Of a DNA stretch of 64,000 bases, positions 39,595-53,772 are shown one piece after another. Both the position numbers and the translations under genes were made by a program. The notes below the pieces were generated by a model that did no database searches, was not told the origin of the DNA, and saw nothing but the letters and a program-made list of their open reading frames with translations. Position 1 is the stretch's first letter, and each line of letters opens with the position of its first letter. Source of the stretch: Kudoa neothunni (taxonomy: Eukaryota > Animalia > Cnidaria); the NCBI GenBank assembly GCA_964304625.1, contig OZ199839.1, positions 1,862,093-1,926,092 on the forward strand, written 5' to 3'.

Positions 39595-41536
39595 GGAAGT
39601 GTCTATTGGCCCGAACAAATTGTTTTTGCCTATGTAGGGGATTCTTTTTATATATTATTGTGAAAAAAATAAAAGAATTTTGTCTTTAGGAATCTGTGAT
39701 GTAAGGCGTTACTTAGGAAAGACCCATCCTCATCATTATTGTAATTTATCGCTGTAAATGCTCTATTTTCTTCATAAACTTGTTTAACATTTGAATGGAA
39801 TGTTTTTATGATTTTTTATCAGTAAGAAATTTATTCGTTCCACGTATTATGCAATAATAATTTTCTGATATGATATATCCGTGTTATATTCATAATTTTA
39901 AATAAATTCACTGTTGTAATCATGTTATTTGCTATTTTCAATATTTTTGAATTGATTTATACCTAATTTAATGTCACCTAATAAGGACACTTCACATACT
40001 CCCTTATTTAGACTTCGCATACAAACTGAATTTTGACGATACTAGTTGAAATTTAATGTTCTCAATTATAATGTTTGTTATTATCCACTATAACAATTTT
40101 ATTCATATTTGAACCATTATTTTCAAAGTTTAAATATATAACTTTTTATTAGTGATTTTATTCAAAAAATGTTGGACTTAGACTTTTTTCACCAAGCCAT
40201 GTATCACACAGATGTTCTCATGAATTCAACTACATGACTATATGAATTTTGTAAAATTGATTGAACGTATTTAATAAACAAATCCTTTTCATTTATTGTA
40301 ACATAAATACCACCTTATGGATGGGTAAAATACATATTCATGATGGTATAAGATATATTTAAATAGCATATGAATTAAAACGAAAGTTTTTTATCATGAT
40401 TTCTCTTACTATCATTCTTCTGTTTTACAATTCATACAACTCTAATATTTTGAGGACGGGTTCAGTTTAATATGTTGGCATTTAAAATAGCTCGATTGAA
40501 GACAAGTCGCAGCCTATAGTCAAATTGTTGATTTCCCATATCTCTAAACATCATCCTTTTTTATTTGAATTTTTTTAAAATTACAGGCTCTTTGTATGTG
40601 ATTTACAAGAGTGCTTCATGTTAGACACTTTATTCAATGAAACAAAATTCCCCTTTCTCGTAATATTTTTTCTTGGATTACTTTGGAATTTCCGTCAACT
40701 TAAACAAATTGAGCGATAAGATCACTTTCATCCTTTGAAATTTCATTTCTACAATGCAAAAATTGTGATGGAAAGTTCATAGAATCATGGTTATGTGATA
40801 AGTCAAAGGATTTTAATACGAATTTCTTTTACCAACAGATCGTTTTCTCTAAAATAACGACTGTTTGTTTTCTAATTTTAATGCATATATAAAATTTATT
40901 TAAATTTTTGAAGAAATTAATTTTTTGTCGCGATGAACCCTGCAGTATTTTGTATGATAAAAGTAAAGTATTGGATTTAACGTTTCATTACATCGCTTCT
41001 AAGTTCTTTCGATGGTTTAAGAGTCATATATGGATAAACTACCCATGGAGTTTTGTTCGTATTCTTCTATTTTCAACTTTAACTCCTCAAAAATGCTAAA
41101 AGTATTTCCGGTTTGAAAAATCGTATTAAGTTCAGGCAATCTCATTTCGTAAACACGCGCGTAGAAGTAAAATCAAAATTTTTCGTTCGCTATAACCAAA
41201 TATCTTTAAATACAACAACTATATACTTTATGTTTTTGGTCTAGTGAAAAATCCTACATTTTTATACAATAATTTTGTATTACAACATTAGGGGATGATT
41301 ACAATCAAATCAACGCACGTTACAATAAAATTAAAACTATTAAAATAAAAATTTTAGTTACACAGATAATTAAAGTTAAATCAGAACTAAAAATGTTCAT
41401 TTTAATAAATAAATAACTCGATAAAAACATTAAGTACACAATTGCAAATTTTTTTTATATCAGACAACACAGATTTACTATAATAAAAAGCTCGAAAATT
41501 AAATGAATAAATTTGTTCGGGCCAATAGACACTGCC
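39595..41536. mobile_element. GG-terminated TIR element with 9-bp TSD (Merlin- or MULE-like), non-autonomous
   Basis: 26-bp TIR GG(A/C)AGTGTCTATTGGCCCGAACAAAT with 1 mismatch; perfect TSD ATTCTTTAA (39586-39594 / 41537-41545). Confidence 0.9.
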
Positions 41537-41812
41537 ATTCTTTAAATATCATCGAAGAAATGTAACAGTGCGCACGCGCGATCACATGTAGCAAAACGAA
41601 GCTTCCCAATGCATACGACTTGATTTGACTAGTTTAAGATGTGTTATATATTTATAATCGTTTCAAAACCGATGATTTTAAGAATAAACATTTTGTCAAG
41701 AAATGGATAAGCAAGATATATATCTGATATTATGTGAAATATAGAAAAGCTAAATCAAATCAAAAAACGCCATAAAATATATTAATAAGGAGAAGTTGAT
41801 GAACATTGGCGT

Positions 41813-44800
41813 CTAAATTTTTGGAGCATCTTTTATTGATACTGTACGATTGAATACGAGCTATTACCAACATAGATTAAAACGAACAAAAAAATAAATA
41901 CTTTCTCTGGAGTGGAGTCGTAATCGACACAAAAATATCCGATTCTTTCAAATTGGAAAGAGTCAAGTGGTTTCGCGCCAATAACACCACGGTCAACCAA
42001 ACCGTTCGTAATAACGGTTAACGAATTCTAACCAGATTAAAAGTAGAAATCTGTGCCCCATATGTTAAAGATTTACTTTATTGATATCTGATAAGAATCC
42101 TCCAGGAACTTCATTTGCATCTTCAGGGAATGTATGCATAAATCTAAAATAATTGAAAAAACAAAACTATAAAAATTCGTTAATCAGTCAAACAATGCAA
42201 TACAATTTTTCGTAAAGACGGACTTCGCAAACCACAGGATTATGGACCCATTGAATAAAAGCAGCGGGGCGAATCACAGTGTCAAGAGATTTAAATTCAA
42301 CGTGAAGCTCACTAATCTCACCTGTGTGGCTGTCCTGTTGCAAATCAAAAGTTTAATTAAATCCGTAGTAACAACAACATGAAACCACATACTCTAATAA
42401 TTTCTTTTACAACAATTACACCATTTGTGTGTTTGAGGCCGACAGGTTGAGTTGTTGTTAGTCTTCTAAAGTCAGGATCGTCGCAATTCTAAATAGAGAG
42501 TTAATAAATGAAAACCGTTGTTAACAAATGGTTTACATCGACAAAATCAGATTTATCAATAAAAATTTCACGACCAAACGTTATGTTGCGTCGATTGCTT
42601 TCATGATTGGCGGAGGAATCCCCATTCGGAATTTTTTGCACAGCAATTATGGTCTAATTTTTACCGGGTTATCAGATCCGAAAACCATTATTTTTCAGTT
42701 AAAATACAGCACCCGCATCACTTCTTGAAAAATTGCTAAAGCATATCTTTACGACGCATTACAAGATATTAACTATATTAGTTATTCTTAAAATGGCTAT
42801 TCTGGTGTAAAGCAAATAAAAATTTGTTAACAAAAAAAACACAATTAAGTGGAGGCGAAAAATTATATATTAAAAAAATACAGAAAAACTAAAAGCTCTA
42901 GATCGATGCTATATTAGATAAATAATTTTACGATCTCAACGAAACATTGAAGAGGAGTGGAAACAATTTATGAGTGGCGCGTAATGTTTTTGAGTCTCAT
43001 TTCTTATTGAGTACCACCAACAAATTACTGTTTACACTTGGTTACGACTAAGCACCCCAAAATTTTCCTCGAGTTAAATTATCCGTAGCTATTATTGTAA
43101 CTAACCTATCTGAAAATCAAAATATAAGTAGACTACCCAAATAAATAAGTTAATCATAAGATGAACAATTATGAACTCACTCAACAAACTAATAACTATG
43201 CAAAATTATGCATGGTCAGAGTTAGTCAGAAAAATTAGCGTAGTTTGACGCCTGTTGCTCGATTTATATTAATGTGTGTACAGATACTGTATTTGACCGT
43301 TGTGTTAAATTGAAATACTTCATTCGTTATATTAAGAATAACCACTTTTAATGGGTCAAGCACAGCCATAACTCTAATCGTTTACAATGTGCTAAATTAT
43401 TATTCGGTCATTTTGGACACCTACCTAGGACTTTCCAAATTAAGAACATTTCTGACACATGAATCAAGTAAATCAGGATTGAGAGTAGCATCTGCAACAG
43501 TCACTCCAACTTTAGCACAGAAATAGTTGATGGCATCAGGAGGTATGCCTCGACGTCGTAGACCGCTGAGTGTAAAGAGACGTGGGTCATCCCAGTCGCT
43601 AAAATAAAAACGTGTCAATATCATCCAACAACTTTTATTATACAAAAAAATATCTACGTTACAACTTTATTTTCGATAAGTTTAGCAATTTTTCTCTTGG
43701 AAACAACCGAATATTGCAGATTTAAACGCCCATATTCCCATTGTACTGGACAATATACATCTGCGCTATTACACAGCCAATAATACATTGAACGGCTACA
43801 AAAAATATTGAAGTCCAACGATCAAATAATCTAAGCATATTATACTGTGATTGGAATTCTTTAGTACATAGCGAGTGAGTGATAGCTTCAAACGAATCAC
43901 AAAGTGGATGGGTGTAATCGTACGTGGGATATATGCACCACTCGTAGCCGGTGCGATGGTGAGGGGAAAACTTGATGCGATACGCAAACGGGATCCATTT
44001 TTCCATCCTCCATCACATATTTAAGACGCAGAGTGGCCTTACCTTCTTCAATCAAACCATTTTTCATATCCTCAAACAATTTCAGCGATTCCTCTATTGG
44101 TCTGTCTTTCCAAGGACTGGGTGTTACTTTGAAACCTTGAATTGCAGCTTTTTGTTGATGGCACACATAAGCTAGTCCCCTATTGATAAAATGTATTAAA
44201 TTATCCCCTTATTCGCAAAACAATAACCACGATGCCAATACATCACACAGGAACACCTTACATAGACATAGTACGGTTAATTAACACCATAAGTCTATTG
44301 CGTTAAGCAAAATCTGAGTTATTTGGGATATATTTTTTTGATTTTAATTCTAATTAAATACAAGAATAATTATCCAAACTAATTTGCACTGAAATAATGG
44401 CAAAAATTTAGATATAGAAATAAATAATTATCTCAAAAGACAATAGCTTCCATCACATAACGAATTTCTTAAAGGTTGAGGAACCTCAGTTCACCCTTCT
44501 AAAACCACCACATATATTTTATTCATATTTTACATATTATCTAATATTTAAGTAACTTAATTTTGTGTAAGTTTTGGAAAATTTCGAATAAGAATAAATT
44601 TTCGGTAGTGCAACCATCCTGAGGTCCATCAATATTCAAGTGTAATTATCATATATTTTCAAAATTTGTATAAATAAACAAATCAACACTAATTAAATAC
44701 AAAAAAATTAAAAATGTTCATTATCTTTTTTTCCTCATATTATTTTGTATTTCTAAAAGAAATTGATGTATGGAGACTTGACATGCCAACTAGAAATCAT

Positions 44801-47800
44801 AAAATATAACATTTATCATATGCAGGAAATAAATCCCATATGTATATTAAATTTGTTGATTTATTTACGTAATAAAGTATTTTTATGCATCTTCATATCC
44901 ACAATTGTTGGCAAATGAATTCCTTCCAGCCTTACAACTGACTCTATTTTCCAAGGAATTTTGAGGTTTAAAAATCCAACAATAATAATATTTTAATGTT
45001 AACTTTAATAGATGCTATTCTACGCTATTTTCAGCTATATCTCTATTACATAATTGTTTCGTATGAGATTCTAATTCATTCTTTGTGCGAAGTTTTGTCA
45101 TTTTGATAGGTGAGAGCTCTGTTAAATCAACCGAAGATCCCTAATTCTCACAATCAGAAATTAAATAATAAAACATTCCATTTTCTTTACTGTCACACAT
45201 GTCTCCAACCATTTTAAATTGTAAATATATTGTATTTGACAACAAATAATAAAAACGTCATCATGACTCAATTATTTTCCCCAGTAGCTTAATATACCTT
45301 ATGGCTTTATTAAAAAGTTCCCCATACCGGTTTTTGCATCCAAAACCGGACTTGTTGCAATCAAAACATTAATACCTTAACTTGAGGCTAATGGCAATTT
45401 TTGTCTTGTTATTTAATAGCGTTAGATAAATAAAAAAGAAGTTTATACGTATAAGTACCAAATATACATATTATTTTAATACAATTACGGTTGATATCCA
45501 TAATAAAAAAATCTTGACTAAAGAATGTCTTCGAATGCTGAAAGTAACCCTTTAGATTATGTTCAGCCACCTTGATAGAAGCGTTTCTCATATACTCTCT
45601 AATAATCTTTTTGGGAAAATTAGTAGCCCTATATTTTTTAGCTAAGTCACTTAGTGTTGACTTTGGAATTCCTAAATCCTCAGAAACTTCTTTCTGGCCC
45701 CTTCCCTTGTTAACGACAGGATGGCAAGCAAGAGCTCTCTTATCTTCAGGATTATGCATTATCTGGGAATTTTGATTGTCGCTTGATTTAGATCTATTTT
45801 AAATTGCGACGAATCCGGCATTGATTGCAATGAATCAGAGTTTGGATGCAAAAACCGGTAAAATTAGGAAATTGTATCGGGCAACACCATCGAAAAAACT
45901 TTTTTATTTTGACTCCCGTATGAATTTATTTATTTTAATTTTTTTTTCCTTGTCAATAAAGGTTGAAACTTTTTATTTATTATTTTCAATTAGAGGACCC
46001 ACATTTAAAAACTAACTTCTATACAACATTTTTCAACATAGGTATTACAACTTCTATTTAAATAAAATAACAAAACAACATTATTAAGATTATTTGGCTG
46101 AAAAATAATTTGCAATTTTTGTTTTAATCATATTCATTTCCTGGCGCAATATTAATTTTTTATATTTTCACCCTTAAATCTTTATTTGTGTGCATCTATA
46201 ACAGTCTTTAATTCGCAACTAACGTTGTCTTACAATAAAATTTATTCTATTTTCATTTTAATGGAAATGATCATTTTTTGATAGATATCTCAAAAAAATT
46301 TTTCTATTAGTTCAAAAATTCAACCGTCAGAAATTGAATTTTCCCTTGTTTCGAATAAAAACAATTTAATGTACGTGGTTTGTCCTAGAAAGTGTGTATT
46401 ATTGGTTAGTCACGTGATACAGCAGATTAGTAATTTCCTGGTTTAACTCAAAAATATTTTTAAGACTTTTACCTTTTTACAACCACAAAAATATTATAAA
46501 ACGTTCCGTCTAATATAAACTTTGAATATGTCGTACCAATGAAAGCGCGTATTATCGGTTACTTACTGCATGTATACGTATTTCAAAAAATTTTACATCG
46601 AAGGCATCTTCACTCTCCGCAAATAAAAAAAATATTATCTATCCCTTCTCCAAAACAATAAAAACCTCAAAAAATGAGAAACTTTTGTTCAATAATATTA
46701 GTAAACGACATTAGAACGATTAATATAATGAATTTTCTAGAAAATCTAAAATTTAATTGTTCTCTATGTGATTATTACACTCCACACATATTACCGCCCA
46801 AGTTTTATGTTCGCGCCACAATGATAAACGAAGCGTTTTAGACAAATTCACAGCAATGGCGAAGCTATTACTGCATTGAATAACTAGTTATAGAGTAACT
46901 CTAGATAAGTCCATACATACGATTTTTGTTTGTGTTGGTTAAAATAAGTAATATCGTTAGTAATATATAAACTCAAACGTTGCCTTTAGGAGGTCAATGA
47001 CAATTTATTATTTAATGAAAAAAGACCGCTATGCAAGGCATTCTAGGCATATTAAACATAACTTACTTTTTTATTAGATAAACAGCAATTTCATACAATC
47101 TTTGAAAATGATCCGAGGCGTGAGTAATTTTGTAGGGAGTAAAACCTTGAAGAAATATTTTCACCCAACATTCTTCAAGCCAACATAACTCATACCCAAC
47201 CAATGCACCATTTCTTGAATTCCGACGAAGAATTTTTCTTCTTCTTTTTCGGGATTTGTATCGTCATATCGAAGGAATGTGATTCCATTGAATGCCTAAA
47301 GATAATTATCTCAGTGAACCAACTACATACGTGGTATGAATGGAAGGGGAGGTTACTTTGGCATATCCAAAATTAAAGTTGATAGCTTTAGCGTGACCGA
47401 TATGAAGGATACCATTAGGTTCGGGAGGAAATCGAGTACGGATCTGAAACACAAAAAAAAATTATTAGAGCTAACTTCAGGCAAAAGTCGTCCATTAACT
47501 CACTTGTTTTCCATATTTCTTAAGATGTTCATTCATAAAATACATGGTCTTTGGGGTGATAACGTAGGCATCAGAGATGTAATTTTTACCTACAAACCCA
47601 CATTCAAATTGTAAACAAATCAGATGATTAATCACAACATTTGATCTCTTACCAGGCTCATGGAAATCACCAATTACACCCTTAGTGTATAGTAGTTTGG
47701 GATTGATTGCTTCTAAATATTCACCAGTAAATAAATACGTCATCTTGTGAGCAATATCATCACCATTTAGCTTGGCTTTAGTAAGAGAGGACAACGATTT

Positions 47801-50800
47801 TTGAAAATCACGTATTTTCTACAAAAATCACAGTTATATTAGGTGAGCGCAAATGGTTTGGTTATTACAACAATTTTTTTGTTTTCGACCGGGAGGGCCG
47901 GATTTTCTTGGATAACTTTATCTACCTAGTTGAGAGATTTGATTTATAACGGGATTGCAATCATTCAGTCAAGCTGATAATACATTCTTGGAAATCAATT
48001 CCTTAATGACTTTGGTGTCGGCCCATTTGAGTGTGCTCAAAACTTCGCCAAGCAGAGGACCGGAATTAAAACTTTTACGCATTGTTATGATTCTTTCTTT
48101 GTATTTATTGATAGCTGCTGTAATTGTTTGGTCGATTTCTTCGGCGCTGTAACTCGCATTAACGCCACAACTCTTTTCAAAATCTTCCACGTTTATATCG
48201 TCACCAATATTATGTTTGAAGTATTCGAGTGCAGCTAAAAAGTGATGTTATTTTTATGTTGTCGTATAGTTAAAATTAAATGATTAGGTATACGAAAAAG
48301 GAAATAAAGCTAAAGCTAAACCTCCAAAATTATAATAACTGAAAGGTAACTTATTATCTTAATTAATTGTATTTTTCGGCATTTACAAATTATAAAAAGA
48401 TTTGAAAGTTTACTATATTTAATTACCAAAAATTATTCAGTTTCATTAAACAACATAACAACGACAAACTTATTTTCTGTTATTATCAACCATTTTAATT
48501 TAGTCTAAATCAAGGTGTTCCAACTACAGCTTCGAGAAAACATTATGGATTAATGTTTTGAATTGGTAATAGGAGAGTATCCAGCTCCAAAAATTCTGCG
48601 TGTTTGCGTATTCTTAAATTCCCGATTGTTATATCCCATGATTTAACTCATTTTTGAAATATTGAGTGATCACAAAAATCCGAAAATTTCAATTATAAAA
48701 TGCTACAACAAATCATGCTTCGACTACAGTCGACCATCGCGCACACATTTTCGCTCCTGTTTTGACGTAAATAACCAGTCATTCAATTTTTATAATTTTT
48801 ACATCTACATCATTTTTATGTTTATTGAAAAATGTCTGACAGGAATTATTTACTGGGGTTAACGTTAAGATTTTATTCAGCTTTGTTATTGCATCTTTTA
48901 AACGTCAATTTTGCAATTGAGTTGAATAATCCTTCAAAGTAGAATAATATAGTTTAATTTTTAGTTTATAAATTATTTTCATAAGATCAGTACTAAATTT
49001 GGCCAGTAAATTGAAATAATATATTAAAGCGTTCCCATGCATGATGGAATCAAGAAATATATGGCTGATAATATATTATACGTGAATAATTTTAAATTGT
49101 ATTTCTATATTTTAGAAATATTTTGTCTCGCACTATTTTTGGATCTCGTTTAAAAGATGTTAATTGAATTAGATTTTGTTGTGTATTAATTTGCTATTTC
49201 GAACGGTTTGTTCATTGTCAATTTATTTTTCTCAGCTGTTCTTATCGCGACTCCTGAAATATATTCGTCAACTACTCAATTTATTAGCTCCGTCCAAATG
49301 CTCTTCTCTTCGTTGAAACATTCCACAACCAATATTTTCTCTAATACTTTTGTGAATGCGGACGCTCTACATCTATGTTTCTCAAATCACCAAAGATAGA
49401 TTAATTAAATGAGTGAGATACTGACAATTTCGAAGTGTTTTCTCATAACTTTTATTTTCACTTAAGAATGTGAAGGTCCTAGGGGTAAATGAGTCCTATC
49501 ATCGCGTTTGAAAATAAATGTTATAGAAAGAATATTAAATATAAAATTATTTTGAATAAATATATATATGAGTATTTTTCCCTCTCATTATTAAATAAAA
49601 AAGTCTAAGGATTGTTGCTCTTCCATTTTGTCGCCTTCCGACGTAAAGTGTTATATCTGAGTTATTTTTCACATATATCAGGGTTTATCTATTTGTTACC
49701 AGCTAGGAAAGCATATAATGCATTCATGAGAAATAAAATGTGAAAAACTGACGCTGGGTTATAAATTCCGCCATGACGATAGAGTTATATTGAAACAGAT
49801 TAAAATAATGATGTATAAATTGATTACTCTAAATTTTTTAAGAAATAAGACAAATTATTTTCGATATTAATATTTATCGAAAATTAAAATAAAAATGCTA
49901 AATATCATTCCTCTTGATATACAGCAATTTATGCAAAAAACCTCTTTTTAATAAACATAATAATTATATAGATGTAAAAACTATAAAATTGAATGATTTT
50001 GATGGTTAATTACATCGAAAACAGGAGCGAAAATGTGTGCGCACTGATATGCGCGATGGTCGACTGTAGCCGAAGCATGATTTGTTGTAGCATTTTATAA
50101 TTGAATTTTTCGGATTTTTTTAGTCACTCAATATTTTAAAAATGAGTTAAATAATGGGATATAAAAATCGGGAATTTAAGAATACGCAAACACGCAGAAT
50201 TTTTGGAATTAATCTAATGCTTTTTCACTCTAATAATTGCGATATTAAGCTTGCTTCGAATTTACTTTTCTCAATTCCTACTCGATGTTTTGGCAAACAA
50301 TTAGCAATTAAAAAAAGTAATAAAAAACATTTGTTATAAATATTCCTTCTTTTAAATTGAAATAAAATGTGAATAAAAAGTAATAAAATAAGTTCCGCAA
50401 AACAGTATTTCCAAGTTTATTAATCCATTGAAGCTTTCAATTTCTGAAAATTACAGGTTTTTAAATTAAATAAGTAACCAATATCACGCATTTTTTAAAA
50501 ATCTATTTGATTAGAATATTGATTGGCCATTGTTTATATAATATATCTCTAATAATATTTCAATCGAAATTTTTACAAAAAAAATAATTAAAAGTCAGGC
50601 GATTGACCAATTTCACGCAATTTTTCGGGTATTTCTTGTTTATCTAGTTAAGTCAATATTTAATGCCAAAAAACTCCTCTAACTATAACTATTGGCGAAA
50701 AGTACAACATTAATTATTATTATTATGAACTTTCTTCAATCTAATGACCCAAAAACTGCCACTGTATCACGCTTAAAAATATCTATTATCTCGATTCTTA

Positions 50801-53333
50801 ATGGCATCCCAGAGATGAAAAATAAAATAATCAAAACCTATAAGTGTTTTTGGAGTCTAAAAATAGAAATCATTTGCATGTAAGGTAATTTTATACTATC
50901 AATGAAGATGTATATGGGTGGATTTAGTAGACACGAAGCAAAAAGATTGTAATAAGCGTCCTAACGATAATCATCAAGAGAAATTAATTAGTCGATGAAT
51001 AAGGTTTACCTTCATGTGCAATTCGTGGAGGGTTTCGTTGTTTTAAAGCAAAGTTCCAACATTAAGAAAAATCAAATTTTATTAGCTAATCTGCTGATAC
51101 TACGCCTAAAACTACTTCAAAGTAGACCAAACAAATCAGAGCTTAATTTTTTAAAAGATACTCTAAAAATTTTATTTACATTGTAGACGAAACTGCCTTA
51201 TTTTATCAATAGCAACAAGGGGAGTATTTCATAGATTGTTGAAAAATAGTTTTTTGCCGTTAACACGTTTGTCGAGTTTTAATTATCTTTTAAAAATTAA
51301 TATATGATTAACTGGTCTTTTTAAACTCAACTAAATCGTTATTAAATGTCAATTTTTTCTTACACGCTCGCGCAAGCAAATACGTGAAATTGGTTTCTTA
51401 CTGAAATGTTATTACATAACATAAAAACTACGGTTTGATGTAAAGAATTACGTAACATAAAAAAATCCAAGAAATATAACAATAATACGGATGAGATTCT
51501 GGTTGATAACAAAATATTTTCTTAATTTTTTATTTGTTCATATTCCATGGTTATTTTCGGGGTTTTTAATTAAATATAAAAATCACCTCATTAGATTGTA
51601 TATTAAGGATGAGAGCCTAATTTTAAGTAGAAAATTTTGTCTTACATGTAACGTTCGCATGCGCATCCAAATTTTTAATTCTAACAACTTCGATTTATAG
51701 GTAACAAAAATAGCTGATTTTCAACAGCATGTAAGAGTTCGATATTCAAAGCCGATCAATACGATCCTACGAACCGGAAATAAGTAGTTATAATAAAAAA
51801 TACATGCACGAGATTATAAATTTCGCGCCAAGAAATCCTCTTGAGCTTGAATAAGAATACAATCCACTAGAAAATAGAATTTGGGTATCAAAATCGACGC
51901 CATGTCCAACATAATCACAAACTATTCAAAGAGTTTGAGAAACATCATTGTTATTTGTTCGAGTAAACTTTATCAACGTTTATAGGCGATTTAGCAACTG
52001 GCCATAAATGCGAAACTAAAAAGGTCAATCCTTTTGTTTGTTGTGCACACTCAATTCTGACCCCCGCCTGCTATGAAGACGCTATGAAGATCAAGATGTT
52101 ATGAAGAGGGTTCAAGCTGAATTTAAGTTGACAGGTATCAGTTGTCGTTGTTTAAAATTAAATTATAAGAGGATGAAATTAAAAATTACATTGTTAGAAC
52201 AAGTAAAAGTGTGTTTCACTTTCTTCTCCTTAAATACTTAATAACATAGCAATATGGCAGTTTAGATTTATAATATGCGTGGCGATATTAGTGGGGAAAC
52301 AAATGTTATTATAAGAACACAGTGGATTATAAATTTTTTAAATTATTGTAATGTATCCAACGCAAACACACGAGATTATCTCAGAAAGTTGGCGCAAGCA
52401 TCAATTATGAAAGGTAAGTTGATAATCAACTCCAATTATAGTTTTAAAGGAAATGCCCCAACAAATCTGATAAGGATAGGAAAGGAGGAGAATTATCCGA
52501 CTTTAAAACATTATAATGTGCAGATGGGACAAAGCAATGAGACAAAAAAATAACAGTTGACGCATGCCCGAAAAATTAAATGACCATTGTGTCTTGTAAT
52601 TACACCGCGAAACGTATAATAGCGTAACAAATATTAATCTGGCGCAAGCGTTATTCACGCGAATCTAAGTAGTGTTAGACGTATTTTATAATCTTTTAGC
52701 CCCTTGGGAATTACAGATCTCAATAATTATCATCGGAAGAGACAATTAGACCGTTCATTATACTAATATTCAGTTGTCTCTAATCTTCATAAACAATACA
52801 GTCGATTAACCAATTGGAATATATCACATTACTCTTAAATGTAATCACGAATAAAAAACAAAGAAGTAAAGGTTTAATGTAATCAATAGCAGCTTTAACA
52901 TAAGCCAACTAATCATACACATCTAACAATTTTTGTCGAATAATTTTCGGTTGAGTGAGCAAGTGATTGTATGTTATAAACATGTTAAAAATTAATTCAA
53001 GCAAAAAATTACCTTTTATTTGGGCGTTGGATACAATTTTCTCCTTGTCCACATAATTCATTATGAATCGGAGTTTTAACTCGTTTGTAATATGACCCGT
53101 TGCCAACAAATAGAGAATAGTTCCTTTAGGTTTTGGAATGCTACCTTCGGTAAGCGATATCTCCTTAAACTAAATGGTATTGTAGGCATGCTATTTTTAG
53201 AGTGCATATCAGATCAAAATACCGCAGAAATTAAGCCTTCTAATTTTTGCGATATGTGCACATTTTTAATAGTCTCCTTCGCTTTGCTTTCGGTTAAACC
53301 GATAGATTTAAATAATTCAAGTCGATTAGCCAT
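41813..53333 (-). CDS. QARS1: glutaminyl-tRNA synthetase, eukaryotic type, multi-exon
   Basis: [25 protein letters not shown]-domain; [19 protein letters not shown] (HIGH); [13 protein letters not shown]; [16 protein letters not shown]; [16 protein letters not shown]; [12 protein letters not shown]; [15 protein letters not shown]. Large introns 44180-47066 and 48235-53012. Confidence 0.97.
45327..45858 (-). mobile_element. internally deleted Tc1/IS630-type element carrying a 116-aa ORF (45409-45759)
   Basis: TA|CCGGTTTTTGCATCCAAA ... TTTGGATGCAAAAACCGG|TA, perfect 18-bp TIR; ORF has [26 protein letters not shown]. Confidence 0.88.
48586..50207. mobile_element. foldback/MULE-like element with ~190-200 bp inverted arms, in QARS intron
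   Basis: 48586-~48777 is the reverse complement of ~50002-50207 (for example AATTCTGCGTGTTTGCGTATTCTTAAATTCCCGAT and TGCTACAACAAATCATGCTTCG), with an ~11-nt indel; TSD not found. Confidence 0.8.
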
Positions 53334-53772
53334 TGTTCGACACCAAAAATTGAACACAAAACAACTGTTACTCAACCGCGCACTGCGCATAAATTACTAA
53401 ATTCACCACGATGTTTGTTGCCGACATACGACGGTTGGCATTACATTATTGAGCTTCAGTCAAGCCCTAACAAACAAAAATGTGAACATGTTAATTATTA
53501 TTTTTCTAAATTCCAAGGTGATACTATCCTGTCATTCTATTAATGCCAATATGAGCTTCATGCCCAATTTTGGATACGTACCAACATATCCAAATCTATC
53601 CCTCAAGTTGTTCATAAGTGGCTATAAACACGCTTATTATTTTCTCGTTGGGTGTTGCTATGACTATTAATAATTAATATTATTTAACCCTTGAGAATAA
53701 GATGTTAGATTGAAAATGAATTAATATATAAGAATTTAGAAATTAAGTGAGTATTTCGCCTATTACTATTAA

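Noticed and set aside
52071-52110. Three copies of TATGAAGA, considered as an array
   Set aside because: Too short and irregular; not CRISPR-like, and the context is a eukaryotic intron
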